From Euprymna scolopes (taxonomy: Eukaryota), in assembly GCA_053919585.1 (NCBI GenBank), contig CM132817.1: a stretch of 64,000 nucleotides of DNA; one strand, written 5' to 3'. Under the pieces are notes generated by a model. That model saw only the letters and a list, made by a program, of their open reading frames with translations. It did not search any database and was not told the origin of the DNA. This document shows positions 48,697-62,119 of this stretch, piece by piece. How positions within the stretch are numbered: position 1 is the first letter of the stretch; every line of letters starts with the position of its first letter. A program made the position numbers and the translations under genes.

Positions 48697-51600
48697 TTGT
48701 TACCTCAGATAATCTTCAGATGTACATTATTGAACTCGTGAATCTTTCTGTAGAACTCGAGAATCTGCAGAGAATTTCGAACAGAACCGTTTTTTTAATT
48801 CATGGGGGAGGGGCTGCATATGATTTATCTGTTGCGTCAGGAGTACTTGAAAACCCGTTGCATAATGGAAAACTACTAGGTAAAATTCAGTTCTACGTAG
48901 CAGTTTCATAGATGTTGATGGTTCAATCCTAAGCGCGAGCATTACTAAAAATACAAATGTGAATTATTTAAGGCTTTAACCAGAAGGTCATAGTTTTTAC
49001 ATTTAAATGATTAATATTAGTCTCCCTTACGATAGTTACAAATGCATTGTTCTTAGGTTTACCAAATAGACATTTGAAATAGCATTCTTATCGCCTGTTG
49101 TGCTGATTGTATGCAGCATCTTGAATATATGTTTTTAATGCATAGTCTTGTGTGTATTTTCTAATTAACCTACTTATCACGTATTCGCATGGTTTTGATA
49201 TGAAAATTAAATAATTTTAATAACTCTTTTCTTTCTCTACGCGTATTTCAAAACTTGTTTGGATTCTACGTTGTATTTCAATTATCCCAAAAATCATTCA
49301 ATTCAAAATATCAATATATTTCTATACGCCCTAACAATGTTTGTTGTTACGCGTATTCTTAAAAATAATAGACCCAGTCCCAGGGGACATTTTTGTTAGA
49401 AATTGTCTTTCTTTGTTTGCCGAAAAGAGACGGGGGGAACTATGTTGCGTGTCATCTGATATATCACCTTCTGAAGGAATGCTGAGGTCACTAGCTCTTT
49501 GTTTTTACTTGATCATGGATTTCGTTAGATGCCATGTTGTTACACGTCCTGCCCTCGCGGGGAGGGGCATGTATCGGAAAAATATTAAAGTTACATAGTT
49601 TAACATATTTACCTTCATTTTGAAGTCTATATTTGAATATTTTTTTCTTTTTTTTTTTTTTAGTTTTCTTGTCTTTGTTTGATTTGGCTATTTTCACGTG
49701 CCAGCATAACGCTACTTTTTAATTTGATGCCGAATTCGGTCAATTTGGTAAAATATTTTATGCTCCAATATCTTTATATATTCAAATATATATTCATGAT
49801 GGTTGGAGTGGTAATTTGTAAGGAGAAATCTGTTGTTTTTATTTTTGGCTATACAGAACCTTATTGAGTTTTGCAAAGGTAAATGAAAAAATAGTAACAT
49901 TAACGTGTAGTGCATGTTAGAACAGGAAGCTGCCATCTTCAGACAGCCTGATCCGAGTCGGGTTAGGTTTTATATGGTTACTTCTAGGATTAGGGTTAGA
50001 GTTAAGGCTAGGATTTCTGTGAACGTACGCGCCACGAATAATCTACCCTGTTCACCTGTTTTTATAGTTATAAAAAATTTAGCAAATGTACGATCAACAA
50101 ACAAATGTTTGCCACTTTGCAATCTTTTTCTAAGTAAATATCCCAATTAATTTTAAAATATATTATTCGTTAAAAAGGGCACAGGTTTACAGTTTTTAAG
50201 TACAGGTTTAAAGTTTTTAATATTATTTGAATTATTCGGAGTTACCTTTGTCTTCACAATGAACTATGAATAACATAATAATGTTTAATCCATTTCATTT
50301 CACGTAAATCAAATGGTTGTAGTGCTGGCATTGGTTTCTCCAAATATCCTTGTAGGTAAAATTATTTCAAGTAAGAAATGTGGGTACTTACGGGAGAGAA
50401 TGCGTGATGTTTATTAACATTTTAAGCAATTTTCTTTTTCATGAAACAAACGCAGTTCCACCATAGCACATCCAGGCCATCAGCCCGTGTCGTTAACCAC
50501 TTAGCCACAGTTAACTCTCTGTATTAAATTAATTAACACTTCTACTCAGTCATGGCTGGAAAAAATAGAATAATCTACCCCAGTAGATTACATAATATGT
50601 TCAGTTCGAACCCCCCCCCACATTAAAAACGACTTGTATCTAATTTGCTTTCGTAGGAGTTATAAAAGCAACGCCAGTTTTTGTTTCTGATTGACTGCGT
50701 AAAATATAAACGATTTACACTTCCGGTCGCGTCATAAAGTAGCGGTAAGAAGTCAAATATTCTTTCACTTTCTTTTCCGCCTTCATAGAATTAAATATAG
50801 CAATTATTAAATTCAACAGATACAACTAAAGAAACTCGGTTGTTATATTGGGAAAAAAGTTGTGAAAAATAACAAACAATATGGGAGTAGTAGTTGAAAT
50901 AACCTAAATAATCGCAATCATCAATGCGCATCTAAAAACTTGAAACTGCGTTTGATTTTCAATAACACAAATTTCGTTATACCTGTATTGCCTCCTCTGA
51001 CGCCGCTGTTATTCTTCGTCGTATTTCACGAGTGTCTCCTCTTTTCAACTAAGATAAATAAAATTATTTTTGCGTAAGGAGACACTTACTGAATTTTCTT
51101 CAAGGGTTTATTTAGAAATAATATTTTGAACCCTGTCTAAGAGTGAGAGATCAATGGTAAGATGCACTATTCCAGATGTGGCAAAACACCCTGTGCATTG
51201 GGTGAATTGGGATTTGTAAAGATATACGATAGGTGTGAGTAATTTTCTAGTATAATAGAGGAGAGACCACTTTCTTTGTAGCGGTATTGAGAATATCCTC
51301 AATGTAGTTGTTCCAATTCATGTTGTTTGCGAATGTCTTGCCGGGGTTTTGCTATGCCAGAACGTAATGGAATGTATCATTTTAATTGCAAATAAATAAT
51401 CCAAAGTGTAATATCGTTTTTTGCGCGCATTTGCGAGCTTCTCATTGCAGCCAGGTTAAACATGAAATCCGTTTGATGGTGACGAAAATTGTTCTCCCCT
51501 CCCCCCAAGTTAAAGGCATTAGAATGTTATAAGAATAGCTATAATCAGGTTTGTGGCAGGAGACCCTAAGTTTATCGGACAGAAATCAATACCTTTCTCA

Positions 51601-52254
51601 AAAGAGGAGGGTAATCCTTGAGATGGTTTACGTTTTAGGAGAAAACTGGCTTATACCTCATTTCAGACTTTGACGTCGTTTCTCTTTGACGCGTTTCATG
51701 AGTGACAATTGACCATCTTTTTTCGTTTAATTAAGACAACTAAACTTTGTTCATGCAGAAATGAAACGAGGAGACATTCGCTGAGAATTTCGTAAAGGTT
51801 TTACTATTGGTGAAAATTGACGCAAAAGAAAGAGAGACTAATGTTCTCTTAGCATTTAGTATTTAGTTCACTTCTCAACTAAAGTGAGTGGCTTACAGAG
51901 ATATCGAGGTAATGTTTAGCGATTTTCGAAAGTTTCTTAGATTATTGACCAACTTCCTCGCACACCCCATGGAATGCTCGAATTCTTCAATACCTCTTTC
52001 GCACACCTCCCATAGACACTGATTTTGTATCCTTAGTTTCTCCCAGTTCGATAAACGCGAGGTCAAACACGCCGTTTAGCTTTGAACTTATATGTCAATC
52101 ATCAATTCAAACTTGCGAACGAATGCAGATTTAAGATATCATGCAGCTTGTCAAAATCGACACTTAATCATCATGGTATAGTGCCTATAGTGGAAAACAG
52201 AGTTGTTTTTTTTTAAATTTATTTATTTCTGATTATAATCTTCATCTTTCTTAG

Positions 52255-52560
52255 ATGTTCTTTCACGACGTTTGGGCTAATTATTCCTCTGGCCTTCGTC
52301 AGGTGGTAACCGCGACGGGATAGGAACTCCGAAGCTTCTAGCTGCATTCTCAGCAATTACTGCCATATATAGTTTTGGCCAAGTAGCATCTGACCGGTTT
52401 TGGGTAGGACTGAAACCGCTATCTTCAGACAATTTTCACCTGGAACCGTAGAGATCAACGACATGGGCCCCGAAAGGCTATCAAGGTTGGATTTTTTTTT
52501 TGTTTTATAAATCCACGTTTATTTATTATCTGATCTTACATAGTCGTTTTCGTACAGAAT

Positions 52561-52619
<59 letters not shown>

Positions 52620-52740
52620 TAATTGGAATTCACGATTATTAATTTATTTATTGCGAACTATTATCCGTATCTTTCTTAGTTGTTGTTTCACGGCGTCTCG
52701 GCCAACTATTCCTCTGACCTTAGTCAGGTGGTAACCGCGA
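52255..52740 (-). repeat. Two copies of a PLE-type terminal motif with a decayed hammerhead-like core
   Basis: The minus strand reads CCACCTGACGAAGGCCAGAGGAATAATTAGCCCAAACGTCG (52265-52306) and CCACCTGACTAAGGTCAGAGGAATAGTTGGCCGAGACGCCG (52691-52731). Confidence 0.45.
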
Positions 52741-53925
52741 TATTTTAATCCTGTGAATTTATTGAAATACTTGCATAAAAGAAGGTGCATGAAAAAGTAG
52801 AGCACGTGCTAAAGTACTTCCTGTTTTACCTTTGATTCATCGTCTTGATATAGTTCTCGGAGACAGTGAAAAATAAATATTTTACCTTTATATGAGTGTA
52901 TTCTTCTTTGTTTGAGCGTACCACAATATATTTATTAATTAAAACTTAGATGATAAGGTTCAGAAACGTATCTATACTTGGTTTGACCCTATCATTTTTA
53001 TTCTCTGAACCCTGTTTCATAGATGTAATGTTGTTAGGCTTAGCTCGTATTCGTACAATTACGACCTGCGTTCTTCAATATTTTCTGGTTCATCTTTGTG
53101 TCGTCTATTACAGTTCGTTTGTCTCATTTGTCTAGTGGTTTTTATATTTTCTTGATTTGATAGCTAGTTTTCTAATTCCAGACTTTCTTTCCAAGAACTT
53201 TAGGTATGTGGAATTCTTTTCTTGATTACCCTTTTTCTCCTTCCATATTATTTGTGATATCCACACAAATTATATTATAACGAAATTTTTAAAGGCGTTG
53301 TGGCCCTTTATATCTGTCATTTATGAATGTAAAATGACATACCATTTTTGCTATAATCTTGTATTTATGTTTATTGACATTTTCAACTATCATATTCTGC
53401 CTTTGTATTAATCATCAATTATTCTTTTCATATCCTTACAAGTGGCTTCCTGTTTTGTACGGAGCACATGAAATGTTATTTTACGATTTAAATGATCGAT
53501 ATAACGGACACAACGCCCGGGTCATAATTTCACGATATCATAATTTGAGTGGATATCACAAATATTTTACAATAGTAAAGTCAGAAAATATCACAACAAT
53601 ATGAAGTGAAGTAATTTAATGAAATATCAAAGTGTGTTAGAATTTTTTTAAGTCCATAAACAATTGAATATAATAGATTATATTGATTACAGTAATACAA
53701 TGTAAAAGATATTCAGGTCAATGAGTTTAGGTTAGAGTTCTTGTTTAACCTATAAAACTGAAAGTATAACAGTTAACATTTTTGTTATACTCAAACATCA
53801 TGGTAATATTAGTATATAGGGGAAAAATGGGCGCGATCGTTTGTGTATGTCAACGAAAAGCTTTTGCATCGGGCTTCTTTTTTGATTGACTACGTTAAAT
53901 TTATACACTTTACAGTACCGGTTAT

Positions 53926-53995
53926 GTCATGGACTAGTGGCAAGACGTCAGATTTTCTTTCTTTTTCGCCGCGCGGCATGGGTTCGAGCCTGTCT
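53926..53995 (+). repeat. tRNA-derived (Pol III box) remnant
   Basis: A-box-like TGGACTAGTGG and B-box-like GGTTCGAGCC. The anticodon region is replaced by a T-rich tract. Confidence 0.45.
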
Positions 53996-54529
53996 GTCTA
54001 CTACCACTTATTTTTTTTTTGCTCAACACACAAACACGCAGGCTAATATTATATTACTTTTTATTTTATTCCTTTTTACTTTATTTAACTTTGACTATTT
54101 TCCAATCGAACATGTGATTTTGCCCGTGATTATTTTGACCTACGTTTGTCCTGTTGATATTATTATGTGGCATGTTCTGTAAAATTTTTAGGTGAGTTTT
54201 CACTGTGGCAATTTTCATGTGACTGTTTTTTTATTTAAAATCTCTATATTGAACTGTAGTCCGTGACTAATTTCCTGCAAAGTTTTAACACGTGCGCCGT
54301 GTCAGTAACTATCTTCCAATTCAGTTTTATCCTGTAACATTTTTATAATTGACGTTTGACCGTGACTATTCTCTTGTGACATGTATACATGTAACATTTA
54401 TCCATGATTAACGTTTGTGAAATTTCAACATTTTTAATGAAGTAAGCAACATATCAAATTACACATTAGAGTTATATTATATTGTGATTCGATGTCAAAA
54501 GTATCACGAGATTTTAGGAGAATTTAAAT

Positions 54530-54574
<45 letters not shown>

Positions 54575-54587
<13 letters not shown>

Positions 54588-55225
54588 TGTATGCGTGAGT
54601 TCGTTCACTCTTAATTCGAAAACGACTAGGCCAATTTTTTTTTAATTTCACACAAGAGGCGTCATGTGTCTGTGAGTGTTCTTGTATTTGCATGTTTTCG
54701 ATAAGTATCAAAAATCGATAAGCGAAAACTCATATAAAAAATGGAAGTCTAATTTTGACTAAAGTTAACTTTTACACAACCTAATATCAAAAGTTGATTT
54801 AAGAAGATTTATGGACACACAAGCAGAAAAATCAACGCTCAACTGAAGATGTCTTTAAAGACAGGGGCGCGTTTGAAGTTAATGTTTCTTTTTAAAGCTC
54901 AATTAAACCATGGTACTTTACTTTTGTACGTATAACAGTAAACGAAGCCATTATTTACGGATGATTTGATAAAATCAACAGCAGATTCTCTACAGTGCAA
55001 TGTAAAATACAATATATTGTACACCAAGTTACTACTAAGAGGCGTGTGAAACTTTATCCCGGTACATTGCGGGTTGGAGAGGGAGTCACTAAGTAGAGCA
55101 AGCAATCGCTTGTATTGAAAAATTGGCAATTTCACCGATTTCAATGAACGATATATCGGTCACAACGCTCGGGAAGATTTGTTGATCATCATTCAATCCT
55201 GAACAACGTTGGGTCTTCTTGCTAG
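54575..55225 (+). mobile_element. Non-autonomous Helitron in (TA)n
   Basis: It starts TATATAAAATTTGTATGCGTG and ends CCTGAACAACGTTGGGTCTTCTTG-CTAG|T (degenerate hairpin + CTAG). TA repeats flank both sides. Confidence 0.7.
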
Positions 55226-55231
55226 TATATA

Positions 55232-55275
<44 letters not shown>

Positions 55276-55294
55276 GGGGGGTATTCGTGTCATC

Positions 55295-55338
55295 TTGCAC
55301 TGATGATTCCTGAAAGGGTGAAACTCTAGTGTCTTTAG
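55295..55338 (+). ncRNA. Minimal hammerhead-like motif (probably decayed)
   Basis: CTGATGA-TTCCT(GAA)AGGGT-GAAA-C-TCTAGT-GTC. The core and GUC triplet are intact, but stem I pairs poorly. Confidence 0.5.
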
Positions 55339-57894
55339 GTATTATATATTATAATTATATATATATATCTATATATATTATATATTATAATTATATATAT
55401 ATATCGCCTACTTGATATTGGGCATTGTTTTATGAAGAGATTAAGTAATACATCCCCCTTCAAAATTCTGCCCCATATATACTGCTGTCAAAGATATCGA
55501 GATGTAAGAAAAGACTATTTTGCTCTCACATTTCTATACTGATGCTTGTACCTACATTATGGACTATTTGCTTTTGATTTTGTTTTTCTATATCATTTTC
55601 TGCTATTGGATTTGTTTGCGAATTTTTCTCTGACATTTGTCCAATTACTTTATACTTGGATTCAGACTAAAACCCGCCATACATTTATGTCTTTAAGAAA
55701 AAACAACAAAATAACACTCCACCATTGATAAATAAAACCTTGAAATCATTTGGCCTTTTATGCCTTCCAAATTGACAATAAGAATAAAATGGCGCTATCA
55801 TAATTTACCGCCAATTTCATTCTTTCTTTTTCACTCTTTCTTTCTACTCTAACCAATCTCACTCCACCCCTCTCTATCACGCACTCCTTTTTTCTTATCT
55901 TTCCTTTACCCCCACCCCACAATGTCATGGTGTGAGACTAATAACATATGTATTTACAATACTTACTTACTTAATTGCATCGAGGATGCGGTTACTAAGT
56001 TAATTGGTCTCTTGTTTTTGTGCTTTTCATTCCGTCATTATTGACTCTAAAATGTCTCTGTCGACCATTTTAGGAATAAAAGTAAAAAATAAAAATAAAA
56101 AAGAGAGCCGAGAAGAAAAAAAAACAATTTAGTAGAAAAAAGCAGAGTAAAACGTCTGCGATTTAAATAATACATTTTCTTCTGTATTTAAAGAAATATT
56201 TGTGTTCTTTGGCCAGGGTGGACATGAATGAATGTATTAGGTCCATCCTAGCTTGATAATTCACCGACTTGATATCTGTTTGTCTGTTTGTAGAATTAAG
56301 CATTTTGCCAATTATGTCTCGATCGCATTCACAATTTGGGAGATTTTAAGATCATTATTAGAACAGTTTTGAAACGTATTAAGTTAGAACAAAAATTTAA
56401 ATTAAGATACGTCTGCAGTTTAATATCCGTTTTTCCATGAGTTTCACTCTGCAGTGGCTGGTGAACGACAGAAAACGCCGGATTATATTGAGTGAGCAAC
56501 AAGAGACGCGCGCGAGCAGACGGTAAAAATGAAAAGGAAAAAAAGAAAAGAAAGGAATAATTTAAAAAGATAAAAAGAAAAGAAAGGAAGAATTTAAAGA
56601 GAAAAAAAGAAAGGACAGCATTGCGTTTCTTCAAGAAAGAAAGATGAATAATTCCAGCCTGGAATTTGAACACCGCTAACCTCCGCATGTTAAGAACGGT
56701 TTTCGGAATAAACACCCCCAACCTCGTAAGTCGTAAGCATGGGGAGCTTGGGGGGGTTTATTTTCGAAAGACTTTAGTAACATGACGTTGGGAGTTTTTA
56801 TTACGAAAGCTGTTTTTACTACGTTGGGGCAGGTCGTAAAAACAATACCAAAATAACTTTCCATGTACAAACAAAAAATATATTTTGTTCACTAATTCAA
56901 AGATACAAAACCTTTATTACCCCACTCAAAAAAAAAAAAAAAAAAAAGAAAACAGAAAAGACACAGTTACCATAAAAAATAAACATTAAAAATGATGAAA
57001 TTATTACGGTAGGTTGTTTGTTTTATTTCCTTTGTTTCTTTTTTGTTCGTTTTTTTTTTTTACTTCCGTTAGCTCGATATTATCCGGCGAATTCCGTCAT
57101 ACGTCGGGAATTGCCGAGTGAGACTTACAGAAAAACGGTCTTTAAACTGCAGAAGCACCTAAATTAAATTAAAATAAATTCTTAATAACAAAAATTATAA
57201 AAGAAAAAAAATTCAAGGTTATTGTTGATATCACGAAAACAATCCGTTGCTGCATAGCCGACAGATTAGATACAAGGTTCAAATCTGTCTACCACAGTTC
57301 ACAATGATTTTAAAAATCTTAGTTAAGTGTAATTCATCCAATTAAATTATATGATTAATTCGAAAGATCATATTCCTTGTATTTAAATGATAAAGCATGG
57401 ATTGAAAATACCATTTTTAAATCGTTATTTTGAGAGATTGTATTTCAGCAGGAAGTACAGAAAATTCACCCAAGTCCGAATAAATACAACTAAATAATTC
57501 ATATTTTAATGGTTATTTATAAAAAAAATTATATTAATCACAATAAAGATTTGAATTATTTTATTTTATATCAATTTTGCACAACACACTACTTTAAATT
57601 GCGTGCGTTTTTATTAATCATGAACGTATTACAGGTGATGTATTTTATTAGCATCACTTATTTTCTGTTTATATACCTAATAGAAGGTGGTTGTGATGAA
57701 GTTAATGAAATACCGACTGATAATTTAACTGTGCCAACTTTGAACGCATTCAAATCATGAATGTTGGCAACTCGTGGTTGCTCGTGTAAATAAATAATTC
57801 AAGTAAAGATCAAGAAATTAAATTCCAACAACAGACCCAAACTAGTAAAAAAAAGTCGTATTTGTTGATTCTAACGAATTTACTTTATTTTTTA

Positions 57895-58571
57895 CTAGCG
57901 GGGGTACCCGGCGTTGCCCGAGTGTTTGTTTCCGGGACGGGGGGGGGGAGTTTTAAAAAATGTTATGGTAGGTAAGTAGGAAGGATCAAACCCGGAGTCA
58001 TGAGTAAAAGTAGGAAAATAAAGTGTGAAAAAAAACAAAAAAACATCTGCAACGTTAACAGTTCGGCCACCAAGAAAAGTCCATTCCAGTTGTTTAGGAA
58101 AAAAAAAAAAAAAACGACTACGGTAGGTCGGCGCGAACGTGAAAATATAATGTGAATTGTCCAGCACGCTAACCACTACGCCACAGAGCACTGCAGCTTA
58201 GTTTAGTGATTGTAAATAACTTGGCATGAAAGAACTACGAAGCCAAACCGGTGTTCTCTTCTCAACTGTTCCTTGTGAACGATCCCCAAACGGTGTTAAG
58301 TGGTGACAGGGGGGGGAATTTATTAGAGAGAAAATATTTTACCACTTCCATTGATCTTAACCGATTTTGGCCGTGACTTCTCAGCAGAAAAAGTATAGAA
58401 ATCTAAGATTATCGAGGAATTTGAGAAATAATAAGCCTATAACACACCTCAGATATTGTTCTGCCGTTTGTGCATATTATATTTGCATGAAATATCTTGA
58501 TTTTTAATCCTATTAATGCCAAAATCAGACGGGAAAAATGAGTTCATTTTATTTATATAGAGAAGAAGAGA
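57895..58571 (-). mobile_element. Complete non-autonomous Helitron
   Basis: The minus strand reads A|TCTCTTCTTCTCTATATAAATAAAATG ... CTCGGGCAACGCCGGG-TACCCCG-CTAG|T. Confidence 0.85.
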
Positions 58572-58836
58572 TGATCACTGATTATCAAAACCCGGAGCCA
58601 ATTTAGAATAAAGATTAATGGGTGGGTGGTCAAACAAAACTGTGACTATCAGCAATATAATAGAACTTGGGTATGGTTTAATTATATAAAATGCCCATTC
58701 AACAAGAATTTGTTTACATTCGATTTTAAAACAAACAAGTTATATTCAGATGCGAAAGCAGCTTCCCGATATTATATTCCAAATATGGAAAGTTTTAGGA
58801 AAAAATACTGGTCATGTAATTATCGGTTAGTCTTTG

Positions 58837-58900
<64 letters not shown>

Positions 58901-58954
58901 CGGAAAATTGTTCACTTTTGTTACAGTTAAACGAATACTTGTTGCGAAAGTTTG

Positions 58955-60760
58955 ACATGGTGACTATAGATTGAAGCTCAGTCGAGCATCTACCATAAAA
59001 ATAAGGATAGAGCAGAGATATATTCGGAACGCTTTTCCTGTGCGAAAGAGGAAGCAGGGAGACGAAAAGCTCCACGGCCACTAGATTTCGAAAACGGTTT
59101 TATACCATGTCAAAATAGGAAATATACTGTTAGCAACTTTTTCCAGAGCAATGGCAACAGCACTCTATTTTAGAACCACTTCGTTATGGACTAGCAAAAA
59201 TTACTCAGCCTCTGGGGAAACAAGATCCAGCTCCTGTTCCATCATCACAGTGTTGTGTCCTGTAATTGTGTCACAAATACTTCAGTGGTATGTACTCGGA
59301 TGAATTCGTAATACTGCTGCCCCCCTCCATAACGTAGGTACACACGACTAACCCGACAAGCAACAAAACTATTAGCTTCCACTATAGAAATCATCCGATG
59401 CCAGTGAACCTTCTATTCTGAAATTTTCATATCTGGAGGTGCAAGATCTTGGAATTCCATTCCTGTATCGTGCTTTCCCACTGTACTAACAAGCAGATAA
59501 GTGTAATGTGGACAAACATCTCGCTGCTCGACTTCCTACTTAGAGCGTCCCTGGAGACATGGTCCTTATTTAACAATAAACCTAACATCTCAATAGTAAT
59601 TTCCTTTGTCTGAGATAAATGGGAGACAAAGTAATCTAGTTACAGCCCTTTTTATAGAAAAAAAACCCAGATACTTTTCATTTCAAATATTGATAATTTG
59701 GAGAAAATTAAATAGAATAAAAAGCAGAAACTCGGAACGTTCATTAATAAAATAACACAATTATATTTGTAATAAGAAAATCACCACTTATTAAGGACCG
59801 GAGACCACTCGAGGATAAGCGTTTAAGAGTGGACGGTGGTCACAGTGATAATCGTGGTAATCGTTAGTGGTGAAAATTGAGTATAATTTGATTATTTACG
59901 GTGACAGCTCAACAGGTACTTCCTTACATTTGACTTGAAGACGACCATATTTTAGTCAGCAGGAAGGCATGTCAGCGGAACACAAACGGGGAGTTCTTGG
60001 AAAGAAGCTTTGTTCATAGGACTATATTTTTGAAGGTCAGTTCGTTCACTTGAACACTGGTGCAACAAAGATAGAGAAATTAAGATTTGAAAAGCATGGT
60101 GTGCGTAGGTGCACGTTAAACTGAGCATTACATGAGGACGGTAGACCATATATCATACGATCAGTCAAACATGCTTGGTACGTGTCAATCGAGCTGGCTG
60201 CAGGGTTCAAGTTGAATATTAATAGCTGGGCATGCAGTTCAACCTTATCTCTGAAATCTACAATATTGTTGTTGGATCATAGGAGAATTGTTGATTGCAA
60301 TTATTCTCCATACTATTAACGAATTTCTAGAAATCGCAAGTTCCTTGTTTCTGCGACACAATGTTCTTTCAGGTAATCTTAGTAGACATACTTGTGATGG
60401 CAGCTAATGTGCAAGTTTCAGAAAAATCGGAAGCAATTGGACTTTTCACCAAAAATATTATCCTATTTTATTAATTTTGCATAAAACTAAATCAAACTGA
60501 TGGGATAAACCGCTACCATAGTCTGGCTTCCATGCGAATGCGAGCGATGTTTAGCCTGAGATAGCATGATCTTATTTTGAGAAAATCTCAGCATGACTTG
60601 CTCTTTTGATTGTCTCGACTTATTAAGGGTCTACTTTGCGTTCTGCAGTCGCTTATTTGCAGTCTTTGGTAAAAATTGTTTTGAGTTCGGTTGTCATATT
60701 TGGGTTGGTGAAGCGCTATATTCCATTTGGAATATCTTAGTAAGGTGCAGAAACGTAAAT
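58955..60760. pseudogene. Cluster of decayed CR1-like LINE fragments in both orientations
   Basis: LSHRKSVPNISLLYPYFYGRCSTEL (-), VAPVFK..ERTDLQKYSPM (-), QKQGTCDF*KFVNS (-) and EFGCHIWVG (+). Confidence 0.55.
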
Positions 60761-61114
60761 GCATTTTATTTAGCCAACCAAACTTTCTTCTACACTTTAT
60801 CTTTTTCTCTCATCCACGTAATGTTGCTGGCGTCAGTATCTACTACAAGTACTATAAGTGCTATTATAACATATTCTTCGGAATTGTCAATTCCCTTTTT
60901 ATTTACTGGTCTTCGGAAATTTTCTGTCTTGATACCTCTTTATGATATAGTTTCTAGCAGTAGTTTTTTCTCTGGGAACGACAAACTTGAGGAACCCTCT
61001 GCCTACTCACAATTTGTTTTTTCAAACCATCGACCTATGCTATCAAGATTAAGGTCATTAAAAATCTTCTGTCCTAACGATACTCATTCATTTCTGTGAG
61101 TTCGTTGCAACAAT

Positions 61115-61857
61115 TGGCTGCATGTAGTAAGAACAGATACTACACTTTGATCTTGGAAAAAAGGACAATAAAAGGGTATTTATTTGCTCCCCCACCGAGA
61201 AAATTAGGCACAAGGCCGATTTTTAATGTGAGGAGTGAAGGGGAAATGGAGACCAACTCCCCGGGGAGTAGGAGAATTGGATATCGACAATTGGTATGAA
61301 GGGTTGCGCCTACATTGACTAAGGTCTTATATGTGGGGGAAACCCCACATATGGTCTTTGCTTGCAGTATCTGCCGGAACAGATGTATTTATTTGCTTCC
61401 CCACTGAGCAAATTAGGCACAAGGCCGTTTTTTAATGTGGAGAGAGAAGGAGGGGGAGGGAAAAGGGGACCAGCTCCCGATGGGTGGGAAATGGGAGCTG
61501 GATAGTGACATTTGGTATGAAGGGTTGCCCCTACATTGACCAAGGTCTGATATGTGGGAGGGGCACATATGGTCTTTGCTTGCAGTATCTGCCAGAACAG
61601 ATACTACACTTTGATCTTGACCAAAAGCACAAGAAAGGGGTATTTATTGGCTCCCCCACCGGGGAAATTAGGCACAAGGCCGATTTTTTATGTGAGGAGT
61701 GAAGGGGAAATGGGAACCAACTCCCCGGGGAGTAGGGGAGATTGATAGTTACAATTGTTATGAAGGGTTGCCCCTACATTGACCAAGTTCTTATATGTTT
61801 GGTTTCCCCCACATATGGTCTTTGCTTGCAGTATCCGCCGGAACAGATACTTCACTT
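61115..61857 (-). mobile_element. Tandem array (3 units + a partial) of U2-snRNA-headed structured repeats
   Basis: U2-like segments lie at 61129-61164, 61377-61384, 61594-61635 and 61841-61857, spaced ~210-250 bp. The bodies are homologous to 48213-48696. Confidence 0.75.
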
Positions 61858-62119
61858 ATATATTAAATCATTTATTCATGTTAAAAATACATTGAAAATC
61901 AACAATGAAGAAAAAGCTTAGGCACATGGCCAACTCAAAAGGGGAGATTGTAAGGGTCGTTGGTTATTTTTGTCACTCCAGAACTATACAAAAAAAAAAG
62001 TTTCTCCCAGCTAGTATCTTCTTTCACCATAATACCGCATTTATCCTTTCATACTGGGGGACGTCCTTCTTAACTCCCAATTTTTAAAACATGTGTTTAT
62101 TGACGTTTAAAAACAAAAA

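Noticed and set aside
49960-50012. Telomere-like TTAGGG runs (also 42840-42920)
   Set aside because: They are short, degenerate and interstitial, most likely internal repeats of old DNA transposons.
60593-61099. 168-aa ORF as a host gene
   Set aside because: It contains a LINE-derived EFGCHIWVG motif, lies among CR1-like fragments and has no domain signature.
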